A stretch of DNA of 26,002 bases from an uncultured bacterium (GCA_964650065.1 CAZYTI010000001.1:1-26002); one strand, 5' to 3'; shown: positions 9,736-18,797, counted from the stretch's first letter. Program-made: numbers and translations. The notes: generated from the sequence alone by a model not told the origin.

Positions 9736-10140
9736 ATGCAGTTTCGAACAACACCAAAAAGAAGCGTCATCATCAATATCACTTCCCTTATCGATGTCCT
9801 TTTCCTCCTCCTCATTTTCTTCATTGTATCCTCCACTTTTTTGGAACAACCGGGTATGAAGCTGGATCTGCCCCAAACGTCTCGGAATGAGGTCGTACAG
9901 ATGGAAGGATATACATTATTTATCATGTCCGACGGTTCCATGTATATCAACGAGGAATCCGTCGACCTGGAATCGTTACCGGAGAAATTAGAAGCCATTG
10001 CACCGGCAGTCGAAGAAAAAGGACTCATTCTAAAGGCCGATGAAGGGGTCCGCTATGGTATCGTCGTGGAGATCATGGATATCGCAAAGCAAAACGGCAT
10101 CATCAAACTGGTGATCGCAACCAGAACAAGGGAGGAATAA
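9736..10140 (+). CDS. exbD: Biopolymer transporter ExbD/TolR family protein
   Basis: INITSLIDVLFLLLIFFIV transmembrane segment with the conserved Asp; LPQ; ILKADE..YG.VVEIMD; AGGAG RBS. Confidence 0.9.
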   Translation: MQFRTTPKRSVIINITSLIDVLFLLLIFFIVSSTFLEQPGMKLDLPQTSRNEVVQMEGYTLFIMSDGSMYINEESVDLESLPEKLEAIAPAVEEKGLILKADEGVRYGIVVEIMDIAKQNGIIKLVIATRTREE

Positions 10141-10143
10141 TTT

Positions 10144-10219
10144 ACCACGGATCAACACGGAATACCACGGAATATGTAATTATGTGATCCTCCGTGACTC
10201 TCTGTGTTTCTCTGTGGTT
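10144..10219. repeat. Imperfect inverted repeat built from 10-bp CACGGA/CACAGA units
   Basis: ACCACGGATCAACACGGAATACCACGGAAT followed by TCCGTGACTCTCTGTGTTTCTCTGTGGTT. Confidence 0.7.
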
Positions 10220-10243
10220 ATTTTTTCTTAGGAAACGACAACG

Positions 10244-11089
10244 ATGAAAATCATCCGAACTGTTCGAGAAATGCAAACCGAAGCCGACACCTTGCGGCAG
10301 GCGGGGAAAAAAATCGGCTTTGTTCCCACCATGGGATACCTCCATGAGGGACACCTCAGCCTGATACGGATTGCCCGGTCCAGGGCCGATGTGGTCGTGG
10401 TTTCCATATTCATCAATCCCACGCAATTTGGTCCCGATGAAGACCTGGATCAATATCCCAGAGATTTTACGCGGGACGAGCGTCTGGCTGAAGTATCTGG
10501 AACGGACATCATTTTCTATCCATCTAAAGAAGAGATGTATCCTTTGGGTTATATGACCTATGTAAACGTTGAAGAAATGACAAATACACTTTGCGGAGCT
10601 TCACGTCCCACCCATTTTCGGGGTGTGACGACTATCTGTACGAAACTATTTCTGGCCGTCAAACCCCACTTCGCTGTATTCGGTCAAAAGGATGCCCAAC
10701 AAGCAGTCGTTATCCGGCGAATGGTAAAGGACCTCAATATCGACATGGATATCATCGTGGGCCCCATCATCAGGGAAGACGATGGCCTTGCCAAGAGCTC
10801 CCGGAATGCCTACCTCTCCCCTGACGAACGGCAGGATGCATTGGCCTTAAATGAATCTCTCCGGATAGCAGAATACCTCATCGCAAAAGGCGAGCGAAAA
10901 ACGGAGATCATCATCCAATCCGTTCGAGATCATATCGATGCCAGGACACAAACGCGGATCGATTACATCCGTATCGTTCATCCCGAGACATTATACCCTC
11001 TGAATAAAATCGAAGATCGTGCCCTCATCGCCCTGGCCGTTTTTGTGGGAGAATCGCGGCTGATCGATAATACGGCGATTGAATTGTGA
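10244..11089 (+). CDS. panC: Pantoate--beta-alanine ligase (pantothenate synthetase)
   Basis: GFVPTMGYLHEGH, SIFINPTQF, RPTHFRGV, FGQKDAQQ, DGLAKSSRN, RLIDN. Confidence 0.97.
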   Translation: MKIIRTVREMQTEADTLRQAGKKIGFVPTMGYLHEGHLSLIRIARSRADVVVVSIFINPTQFGPDEDLDQYPRDFTRDERLAEVSGTDIIFYPSKEEMYPLGYMTYVNVEEMTNTLCGASRPTHFRGVTTICTKLFLAVKPHFAVFGQKDAQQAVVIRRMVKDLNIDMDIIVGPIIREDDGLAKSSRNAYLSPDERQDALALNESLRIAEYLIAKGERKTEIIIQSVRDHIDARTQTRIDYIRIVHPETLYPLNKIEDRALIALAVFVGESRLIDNTAIEL

Positions 11090-11168
11090 TTACAGTGAAG
11101 CCGTGCCCCATAGTCCAACCACCATCAATCCTGGACAGCACTAACTTCTTTCCAAAAGTATCGTCTTA

Positions 11169-12230
11169 TCATTTAGATTTTACAATTCTGAAACCGGAGT
11201 TATTACACCGATCGTTTCTAATCCAGAAACTGCGATGAAAAGCTCGCGCCTCGAATGCATCGCCTCCCCATCTACCACCACGCAATGCATGCATTTCGCC
11301 ACCGGCATTCCAGGGATCAATCTGATCTTCGCTTCCATATTTCACATTGATTGCATCCGTCCACTCCCAGACATTTCCGCTCATGTCGTACAAGCCGAGG
11401 CTATTTGGCGGGAAGCTCCCCACTGCAGTCGTTCCCATTCTATATTCTCCTAACTCTAGATAATCATAATCACCGACGTCACCTTGAAAGTTTATCCCGG
11501 ATGACCTGGCAATGTCCTGACCATTTCCGAATCTAACTTTTCTGCCACCCTCTCTTGCGGCATATTCCCATTCGGCCTCGGTAGGTAATCTTAAACCACG
11601 GACCTGTGTCACATCCGTGGTTGGATTCCCGTCTTCATCGAGCAGTTCTCCGGTTGTTACATTATAAGCGCAGGGTAGCCCTGCCTTCTTACTGAGCCAG
11701 TTACAGTAATGCATGGCATCTTCCGGGGAAACTGCCAAAACCGGCTCGTCCTCTTCTTGATTAATTCCGGGATTTTTCCAGTTGATGTTCGACCGATAAT
11801 CTTCCCATCGACGATTTTTCGCATCCCAGTATCCCGTTCCGCTCAGCTTAAGATACTCTTTTCTTAAGGCTAACATTTCCTCTCGGGTAAGATTCCCGGA
11901 GGTAAACTTTTCGATCATCTTCTGTTTTTTATCCGGGTCGTCCGGTGCTTCTGCTGAAGTCTTGTATCCCGTTTCTTCAACAAACCTCCCGAAATCACCA
12001 ATCGTGACTTCATACTTAGCCATCAAAAAATCGGATAATGTCACTTTGTGAACCGGTCTTTCATTTTCACCTCCCTCACCGTAGACGTCACCCATCAAAA
12101 AAGTCCCTCCATTTACTTGCACCAAATCTTTTAAGGGGGAGTCCTTGTTTTTATCAAACAATGAACAGCCGGTAAAAACAATTCCAAGAATGGAGAGCAA
12201 GAACATAATGGCAGGTCTGTAGTTTTTCAT
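11169..12230 (-). CDS. Lipoprotein with a formylglycine-generating-enzyme (SUMF1/EgtB/PvdO) fold
   Basis: Start MKNYR at 12230 with GAGGTG RBS; lipobox VFTG-C; GGTFLMG, RLPTEAEWEYAAR, GLYDMSGNVWEW, RGG, GFR. The ORF-track extension to 12404 reads through a repeat. Confidence 0.9.
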   Translation of the reverse strand: MKNYRPAIMFLLSILGIVFTGCSLFDKNKDSPLKDLVQVNGGTFLMGDVYGEGGENERPVHKVTLSDFLMAKYEVTIGDFGRFVEETGYKTSAEAPDDPDKKQKMIEKFTSGNLTREEMLALRKEYLKLSGTGYWDAKNRRWEDYRSNINWKNPGINQEEDEPVLAVSPEDAMHYCNWLSKKAGLPCAYNVTTGELLDEDGNPTTDVTQVRGLRLPTEAEWEYAAREGGRKVRFGNGQDIARSSGINFQGDVGDYDYLELGEYRMGTTAVGSFPPNSLGLYDMSGNVWEWTDAINVKYGSEDQIDPWNAGGEMHALRGGRWGGDAFEARAFHRSFWIRNDRCNNSGFRIVKSK

Positions 12231-12272
12231 ATCACACCTCCAATGAGTCGTTATGCTAATTAGATCTTTCAC

Positions 12273-12344
12273 ACCTGTGTCCCAAGTTGTACTTGGGACA
12301 CCACTAACAATAGAAGCTTCGCTTCTAATCTCTAACAGACAACT
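12273..12344. repeat. 72-bp double-hairpin (REP/MITE-like) repeat, copy 1
   Basis: 60 bp identical to 15530-15589 and 70/72 overall; hairpins GTGTCCCAAGT-TGT-ACTTGGGACAC and TAGAAGC-TTC-GCTTCTA. Confidence 0.92.
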
Positions 12345-12438
12345 TTTCCAGTTGAAATAAATTCTATTCATTAACAATGATACATCGGAAAAAACCAAAT
12401 GCATTCAAATAATTTATCGAAAGATAATTGACCAAAAC

Positions 12439-15417
12439 TCACCTGATCATCAACAATTTACCCACATAGGTATTTTCACGGGTTTGCACTTTGACGATAT
12501 ACATCCCCGATGTCACCATATGCCCGGCATCATCGCTCCCATTCCAAGGAACATGATGGCGTCCAGGTTCCAACATCTCATCCACCAATATCCGAATCTG
12601 TTGACCAAGGATATTTTTGATTTCCATGTGAACATGGGATCTTTGGGGTAAATCATAGATAAACATCGTCTGTGAATTAAAAGGATTGGGCGTATTGGGA
12701 TAGACTTTAAATAAAAGGGGCAGTCGCACCTCCTCCACACCGGTTTCTGACCCATTGGATCGTCCCGGGGTTCCCCCCACCTGTTCACTGGCCCGCCAAC
12801 TGCCCGGGAGGACATTATCCTTGGACGCATCGATCAGCTCCAGAGACGGACCGTCGCCATCGGGAGGGGGCGGCCAGGGTGCTGTATCATCATAATTCAC
12901 AGAATCGATCCTGTGGTTTTCGCCATCAAAGAGACACAATGCTTCTCCTTCGTTGGCCAGTTTGCCGCTGGCCGATTGAAACACCTGAAATTCCTGATTG
13001 CGATATGTCGAACTGTTCTTGGCAATGATGATATATTCTCCACCCCTTATGGTCGTCCCGGAGGGAAAGATGAAACCGATTCCCCTGGTGAACCGGTAAT
13101 GGGATAGATCGATATCCGCGTCTCCTCGATTGAAAAGTTCAACAAATTCATAATTGTCATCACTGCCCTGATGAAAGGATGAGGGATTGTAATGGATCTC
13201 ATTGATGACGATGGGAGACAGATCTACCCGTTCAAAAATGGCCTTTACAGAATCAGAGCCTGATAAAATGACGGTGAGCGTATCCGATGAGCCATCCGAG
13301 TATCCCTCCCATCTCATAAATTGACTTCCGTAATCCGGTTTGGCTATTAACCGGACAGGGGCATGTTTAAAATACAGCCCCGTAAATAGACTGTCCCGCA
13401 GATCCATATCACCGATATTCACCCGACCCGATCCGGATCCCGACATACGTACCGTGAGGGTTGTGATGCCCTGAAGAGAGAGGGTCTCATTGATATGCTG
13501 CCGGACAAAATCGGGACGCTCCCTGGCAAAGACCCTCAATATTTCAATTTCCCTCTCCCAGTAGTCCAGATCCGCAATGGCACCCCAACGATCAATATGC
13601 CGCTCCATTTCAGGTTCGATCTGTGCCCTGATCCCATCGATGATATGGATGACCCGCTCCGGATTGAACGTCAGGTTGAGATGGCTGGCGAACCGTTGTG
13701 CAAATGCATGCTTAAATTCGAGATTATCCAATAAACGTGAAAGCAGAATGGATGCCTCACCTTGATTGAGTGCCCATTCCAGGGAATTCGTCCTGTACTG
13801 TTGCTCCCCCTCCCGCGTCTCTCCCCCGAATCCCCAGTCCAAATCGAAGAGCATCCAGCGCCACCTGCCCTGGGGACCCCGCTCCCGCCAGTATTTGGTG
13901 TTCCGGTGCAGCCAGTCATGGTTACGATAATAAATCTCAGCAATCTGGTAATTCATGAATTCATCGACATCCATCTGGGTCTTGACATACGCATAATTAT
14001 CAGGCAGGGCCATATCGTTGGATTTCACAAAATCAATCAAATTCTCAAAATGAGATGGATCGCCTGCACCGACCTCTCCGATATTTTCCAGTAAATCGAC
14101 CTCATTGGGATCGATCCCGTAGTTGCTCTCTGGATAGTGCTCATTCATTTTTTCGCGGATATTGTACAATCCCCAGTATTGACCATTGAGAAACATGATG
14201 GCCGGTTGATAGGCCTGATAATCGACATCCATCTGATCCACGGTTAACTTTTGCATCATGGCATCCCTGAAAAAAGTCATGTTAAAATCATTGCTGGAAC
14301 ACCGCAATATCCATCTTCTGAAGGTATCGATGGACTTGGTGGGAAACATGGGATATCGGACCTGGTGGGTACCGTATTTATCTCTTGTGAATATGGAAAA
14401 AGCCTTTTGGCGTATCTGTCTGCCAAAGGCGCCTCCGAAAATTTTGATGCCTGCATCCATTTTGAATCCCAGATGACCCTCTTGTTCATAGAATTCGTAG
14501 CTTATCGGTCTCTCCCAATCATGCCAAAAATTGGCATGGGGGTCAAAAGGAGGATCGGCTCTGATGGAATCGTTCACACAAATACCTACAGTAATGCCCA
14601 CGGTATCATCAAATAAGAAATCCGGATCCGTGGCAATGGAAATGATGGGTAAGGTCGATGATTCATCGATGAAAAATGTGTGGGTCACGACACGGCTCGG
14701 CAGAAAAGCGGGTGCATCGGCCCTGGCTCGGATCACCGTTGTTTTATCAATTTGAATCGGAATCGTGTATTCATCCGAGGATTGTTTCGGGACTGATCCA
14801 TCTGTTGTGTATCGAATCGATCCATGGGGCGTGCAAGTGAGGGTTACCGATTGTAGACCACTGTAAAATCCTCCCTGTACTGAAAACTCAGGTTCCATCA
14901 CCCTGATCGGCTCATTGACTCCTCGTGTCCCATTCGGTCCGGAAAGGGTGGATTCTACAAAATACATCCACTCCGATTCACCATCGGGATACCGTCCAAA
15001 ACTGATATCGCTCAGTTGACTATTGTAAGTGATAAAATCGATGACCCTGCCATCGGGACGAAAAAGGCCGATTTCTTCGGATGGGCAGTTCAATTTAAAA
15101 TTGGTATGGTTCTCTCGATTCGACCCATCCGCCCAAACAACCAGAAATCCTCTGGGATCGATCACCATTCCCTCGGGAATCCGCCATTTCATCGGCTTAT
15201 TCAAGTTATCGGTCAAGAACAACCCGCCCAGTTGTACAGGAGCGTCTCCTCGATTATAGAGCTCGATCCAGTCCGGGAAATCGGACAAATCGGGAGCCAT
15301 GATCGCATATGAATTCGACGCCATAAACTCATTGATGACGATGGCATCATATTCGTCTGCCATTAAACACGGGACAATCCAGAATACGAATAGCAGACCC
15401 ATTCTTTTTTTTGACAT
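12439..15417 (-). CDS. Secreted CotH kinase family protein with lamin-tail domains, a chitobiase/FN3-associated domain and a C-terminal FlgD-Ig domain
   Basis: Signal peptide; VINEFMA/DWIELYN and VINEIHYNP/EFVELFN (LTD); IRYTTDGSVP; NGQYWGLYNIREK, DWLHRNTK, RWMLFDLDWGF (CotH); NTPNPFN...WNGSD. Confidence 0.9.
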   Translation of the reverse strand: MSKKRMGLLFVFWIVPCLMADEYDAIVINEFMASNSYAIMAPDLSDFPDWIELYNRGDAPVQLGGLFLTDNLNKPMKWRIPEGMVIDPRGFLVVWADGSNRENHTNFKLNCPSEEIGLFRPDGRVIDFITYNSQLSDISFGRYPDGESEWMYFVESTLSGPNGTRGVNEPIRVMEPEFSVQGGFYSGLQSVTLTCTPHGSIRYTTDGSVPKQSSDEYTIPIQIDKTTVIRARADAPAFLPSRVVTHTFFIDESSTLPIISIATDPDFLFDDTVGITVGICVNDSIRADPPFDPHANFWHDWERPISYEFYEQEGHLGFKMDAGIKIFGGAFGRQIRQKAFSIFTRDKYGTHQVRYPMFPTKSIDTFRRWILRCSSNDFNMTFFRDAMMQKLTVDQMDVDYQAYQPAIMFLNGQYWGLYNIREKMNEHYPESNYGIDPNEVDLLENIGEVGAGDPSHFENLIDFVKSNDMALPDNYAYVKTQMDVDEFMNYQIAEIYYRNHDWLHRNTKYWRERGPQGRWRWMLFDLDWGFGGETREGEQQYRTNSLEWALNQGEASILLSRLLDNLEFKHAFAQRFASHLNLTFNPERVIHIIDGIRAQIEPEMERHIDRWGAIADLDYWEREIEILRVFARERPDFVRQHINETLSLQGITTLTVRMSGSGSGRVNIGDMDLRDSLFTGLYFKHAPVRLIAKPDYGSQFMRWEGYSDGSSDTLTVILSGSDSVKAIFERVDLSPIVINEIHYNPSSFHQGSDDNYEFVELFNRGDADIDLSHYRFTRGIGFIFPSGTTIRGGEYIIIAKNSSTYRNQEFQVFQSASGKLANEGEALCLFDGENHRIDSVNYDDTAPWPPPPDGDGPSLELIDASKDNVLPGSWRASEQVGGTPGRSNGSETGVEEVRLPLLFKVYPNTPNPFNSQTMFIYDLPQRSHVHMEIKNILGQQIRILVDEMLEPGRHHVPWNGSDDAGHMVTSGMYIVKVQTRENTYVGKLLMIR

Positions 15418-15529
15418 TCATGACTCCTTCTGTTTCAGAATGAAATTTAAGTCCTCATGAATAGCAATCTTTCTTTCTCAGTCAAAAAAAATGTCCCAAT
15501 ATTCATACCAAACCGGCTTATATATTATA

Positions 15530-15601
15530 ACCTGTGTCCCAAGTTGTACTTGGGACACCACTAACAATAGAAGCTTCGCTTCTAATCTCCAACAGGCAAC
15601 T
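15530..15601. repeat. 72-bp double-hairpin (REP/MITE-like) repeat, copy 2
   Basis: Direct repeat of 12273-12344. Confidence 0.92.
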
Positions 15602-15621
15602 CTCCCCGTAAAAAAATCCTA

Positions 15622-18264
15622 TCATTCGTATTTCAAACTGTCCACCGGATTCGCCTGCGCTGCCCTAAAAGCCTGATAACTCACAGTCAGAAAGGCAATG
15701 CCGAATGCCAATCCACCCGAGAGAATAAAGGTCAATGCACCGATTCCCGTGTGGTATGCAAAATCCCGAAGCCAATACCTCATGGCAAAATAGGAAATCG
15801 GCCACGCGATCAAATTGGCAATCAAAACCCATTTCATGTATGTTTTTGAAAGCAGCACAATAATACCCGAAATGGATGAACCCAGAATCTTCCGAATACC
15901 GATCTCCCTGGTCCGTTGTTCTGCGGTGAAGGCGGCGAGTCCCAGCAATCCCAGGCAACCGATGAATACCGCCAATCCGGCAAAAACCCCAAAGAGTCGC
16001 CCGATTCTTTGCTCGCTCCCATACATCGCATTAAAACGATCATCAAGAAATGAGAATTCAAAAGCATGATTTAGCTCAAAATCCTGCCACGTATTTTTCA
16101 TCCGTCGCACCGTTTCGGATAATTGATCACCCTTTACCCGAAAGGAAATCAGATTGGTGCTCGATGCGAGATGAAGAATGAGGGGCCCTATCCGATCACG
16201 CAATGATTCGAAATGAAAATCCTTGACGACACCGATGACCGGCCAATCGATGAGCCGACGCTCAGGGGGTGCCGTGTAGTCTCCGACGACCTTCCCAATA
16301 GGATGGTTCCAACCAAAATGCTTCACTGCCGCCTCGTTGATAATAATGGCGGATGAGTCCGTTGAAAAACCTCTCGAGAAATTCCTTCCCTCGACAATCT
16401 CCATGCCCAAGGTCTTGATATAATCATAGTCCACCAGCCATCTCTGCATGGGAGTGCCGTTCTCCCGGTATAACCCTTCAGGACAACAAACATCCATCAT
16501 TCTTTCTGAAGTCACAGGCAGGAATCCTGACACTGTTGCACTTTCGATCTCCGGGTACTGAAGGAGTTCGTTCTTGAATGATTCGATCTGCTCTCCCAGA
16601 ACATGGGCATCATGAACGATGACCACCCGTTCTTGATTGAATCCTAAATTCTTATGTTGAATATAATCCAGCTGTTTATCAACGACCACTGTCCCGGTGA
16701 TCAGGGCAATGGATATTGTAAATTGAAAGACCACCAGTGCGCTTCTCAACCGGCGGCTGCTCAAACCTCGAGTGCATGACAGTTTGAGAACTGAAATCGG
16801 CTTAAAAGAACTCAAAAACATGGCCGGGTAGAGTCCTGCTAAAATACCCGGAAAAATAACAATACCGACGAGGGCAACAGGGATTGTTCCGCTTGTTAAG
16901 TCGTTCAACACAAAAACCTTCCCGGCCACTTGATTGAAAGACGGGAGTATGATGGCCACAAATATCAGTGCAAAAATCATGGCCATGAAACTCATTATCG
17001 TCGATTCGGCTAAAAATTGTAATATGAGTTGATGCCGCGTTGATCCCACAACCTTTCGAATCCCCACTTCTCTCGCACGATGAATGGACCGGGCCGTGGA
17101 AAGATTCATGAAATTAATACACGCAAGGACCAGAATGAAAAATGCAATGACAGAAAAAATGATCACATATTTAATATCCCCGTTTGGCTCGAACTCTTCT
17201 TCAAGATTTGAATGTAGATGAATATCCGAAATCGATTGAAGATGATAGTCTATTCGCAATCCGGACTGTAAAAGTTCGTCGAAACTCACCTCTCGAAATT
17301 GTTCCATCATCGGACCGATATATTTGCGAACCATATCGGGAAACTTGTCTTCGAATTGCCGAGGATTCGTTCCCTCTTTGAGCAGGACATAAGTACGGAA
17401 CGCCAGGTTGTTCAACCACCATGGATCACGGCTGTCATCCAGAGTGACAAGGGAAGGGATAAAATTAAAATGGAAATGACTATTACTGGGTATGTCGTGA
17501 AACACGCCGGTGATTTCGTAATCTGTGGTACCATCGAAGGTGAGTATTTGACCCATTGGATCTTCATTCCCGAAGTATTTTTGAGCCGTTTTACCGCTGA
17601 TCACAATCGTGTTAGGCTCCGCAAGAGCTGTCACCGGATCACCCTTCAGGAGAGGAACCGTAAACACATCGAACATATTCGCATCGGCAAAGACGATACG
17701 CGTCTCTTTGAAAGTCTTATCGCGATGCCTGACAAATCGCTCCGATCGTCTCGTCTGTGTGTAGAGTCGTGTGGCCTCTGAGACTTCAGGAAAATCTTTC
17801 ATCAAGGCCCCGGCAGTGGGTGCGGCCAGCGCAGCCACCCGGAACTCGCTATCCCCGATCCTACCCGACAGGGTCAACCGATGGATTCGATCGGCCTTCT
17901 CATGATAACGGTCATAGCTCAGCTCATGCAGGTCGTATAAGAGAATAAACAGGCAGCAGCTGATGCCAATGGCCAGGCCGACAATATTGATCAAAGAATA
18001 ATATCGATGCTTAAAAAGATTTCTCAAAACGATCTTCAAATAATTCCGGAACATGGCCATTCTCCAGTAAATCGAATTCATTAAAAATGATGGCAGCGCC
18101 TTCAGAACCTGATACCAGTACCACAGGTCTGCCCAGCTCTTCCCCTTATCTTCACAGTGAACCCGATAGATCTCATCAAAATCTCCGATGAGAGATTCAT
18201 GGGCCGCTTTACTTCTAAAACAGCAAAGTATCCAACGAGCGATTTTCGGGGATCGTTTCTTCAT
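15622..18264 (-). CDS. MacB/FtsX-like duplicated ABC transporter permease with an N-terminal permease-prefix region
   Basis: ESLIGDFDE...WYWYQ prefix; RNYLKIVLRNL; INFMNLSTARS..RAREVGIRKVVG; EQRTREIGIRKILG; ANPVDSLKYE terminus. Confidence 0.93.
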   Translation of the reverse strand: MKKRSPKIARWILCCFRSKAAHESLIGDFDEIYRVHCEDKGKSWADLWYWYQVLKALPSFLMNSIYWRMAMFRNYLKIVLRNLFKHRYYSLINIVGLAIGISCCLFILLYDLHELSYDRYHEKADRIHRLTLSGRIGDSEFRVAALAAPTAGALMKDFPEVSEATRLYTQTRRSERFVRHRDKTFKETRIVFADANMFDVFTVPLLKGDPVTALAEPNTIVISGKTAQKYFGNEDPMGQILTFDGTTDYEITGVFHDIPSNSHFHFNFIPSLVTLDDSRDPWWLNNLAFRTYVLLKEGTNPRQFEDKFPDMVRKYIGPMMEQFREVSFDELLQSGLRIDYHLQSISDIHLHSNLEEEFEPNGDIKYVIIFSVIAFFILVLACINFMNLSTARSIHRAREVGIRKVVGSTRHQLILQFLAESTIMSFMAMIFALIFVAIILPSFNQVAGKVFVLNDLTSGTIPVALVGIVIFPGILAGLYPAMFLSSFKPISVLKLSCTRGLSSRRLRSALVVFQFTISIALITGTVVVDKQLDYIQHKNLGFNQERVVIVHDAHVLGEQIESFKNELLQYPEIESATVSGFLPVTSERMMDVCCPEGLYRENGTPMQRWLVDYDYIKTLGMEIVEGRNFSRGFSTDSSAIIINEAAVKHFGWNHPIGKVVGDYTAPPERRLIDWPVIGVVKDFHFESLRDRIGPLILHLASSTNLISFRVKGDQLSETVRRMKNTWQDFELNHAFEFSFLDDRFNAMYGSEQRIGRLFGVFAGLAVFIGCLGLLGLAAFTAEQRTREIGIRKILGSSISGIIVLLSKTYMKWVLIANLIAWPISYFAMRYWLRDFAYHTGIGALTFILSGGLAFGIAFLTVSYQAFRAAQANPVDSLKYE

Positions 18265-18355
18265 ATGTTTCTATCTTAAAGTATTAAATTCATTTTTTTG
18301 CGAATTGTGGTTTTGGTTGCTTGACCTTGGTCATTTGATATTTATTTGATATTTG

Positions 18356-18408
18356 CCTGCCCGCCAGTTGAATTAATTATGAAAAATTAGGGAAACTTGG
18401 CAGGCGGG
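18356..18408. repeat. CCTGCCCGCC-N33-GGCAGGCGGG element, copy 2
   Basis: Arms at 18356-18365 and 18399-18408; flanks TTGGTCATT...TATTTG and ATTTGTAATTT shared with copy 1. Confidence 0.8.
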
Positions 18409-18461
18409 GGATTTGTAATTTGTGATTTAAAACAATGAACGAATAACCGGAAAATAATTGA

Positions 18462-18797
18462 TTAGACACGCTTGTATTTCTTGTAATGTCCCAACAGTTC
18501 ATTAAATCCCTCCATGATTGTATCATGGATCTCCTTCGATTTGATAAGTTTTTCAACACCTGCATCTGTTATTTCGTAATACTTCTTTCTCATCCCGCCT
18601 CTCGTGGGTGTTGGATCGCCCATGGTTGTTACCAGGTATCCCTTCATCCGTAACCTTTCCAGGATATCGTAAACAACACCCAGTGTGATGCGTTTCTCGT
18701 TCATCTTTTCAAGATATCGAAAAACATTCACGCCGTACCCCTCTCCCTGAAAACGCCAGACGGTCATGAGTATCTGTTCTTCCATTTTTGTGAGCAT
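18462..18797 (-). CDS. PadR family transcriptional regulator
   Basis: MLTKMEEQILM..GYGV..LGVVYDILERL..KGY..RGGMRKKYYEIT..G; AGGAG RBS before the ATG at 18797. Confidence 0.9.
   Translation of the reverse strand: MLTKMEEQILMTVWRFQGEGYGVNVFRYLEKMNEKRITLGVVYDILERLRMKGYLVTTMGDPTPTRGGMRKKYYEITDAGVEKLIKSKEIHDTIMEGFNELLGHYKKYKRV

Noticed and set aside
11169-11290. Diversity-generating retroelement variable region at the FGE C-terminus (RNDRCNNSGFR)
   Set aside because: FGE folds are known DGR targets, but I saw no template-repeat copy or reverse transcriptase in the window.
12231-12404. N-terminal extension of the FGE lipoprotein given by the ORF track
   Set aside because: It translates the 72-bp repeat; the RBS, signal peptide and lipobox indicate a start at 12230.
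7995-18408. CRISPR interpretation of the N33 elements
   Set aside because: 33 nt is spacer-sized, but the flanks are inverted arms rather than direct repeats, the copies are 10 kb apart and no cas gene is present.
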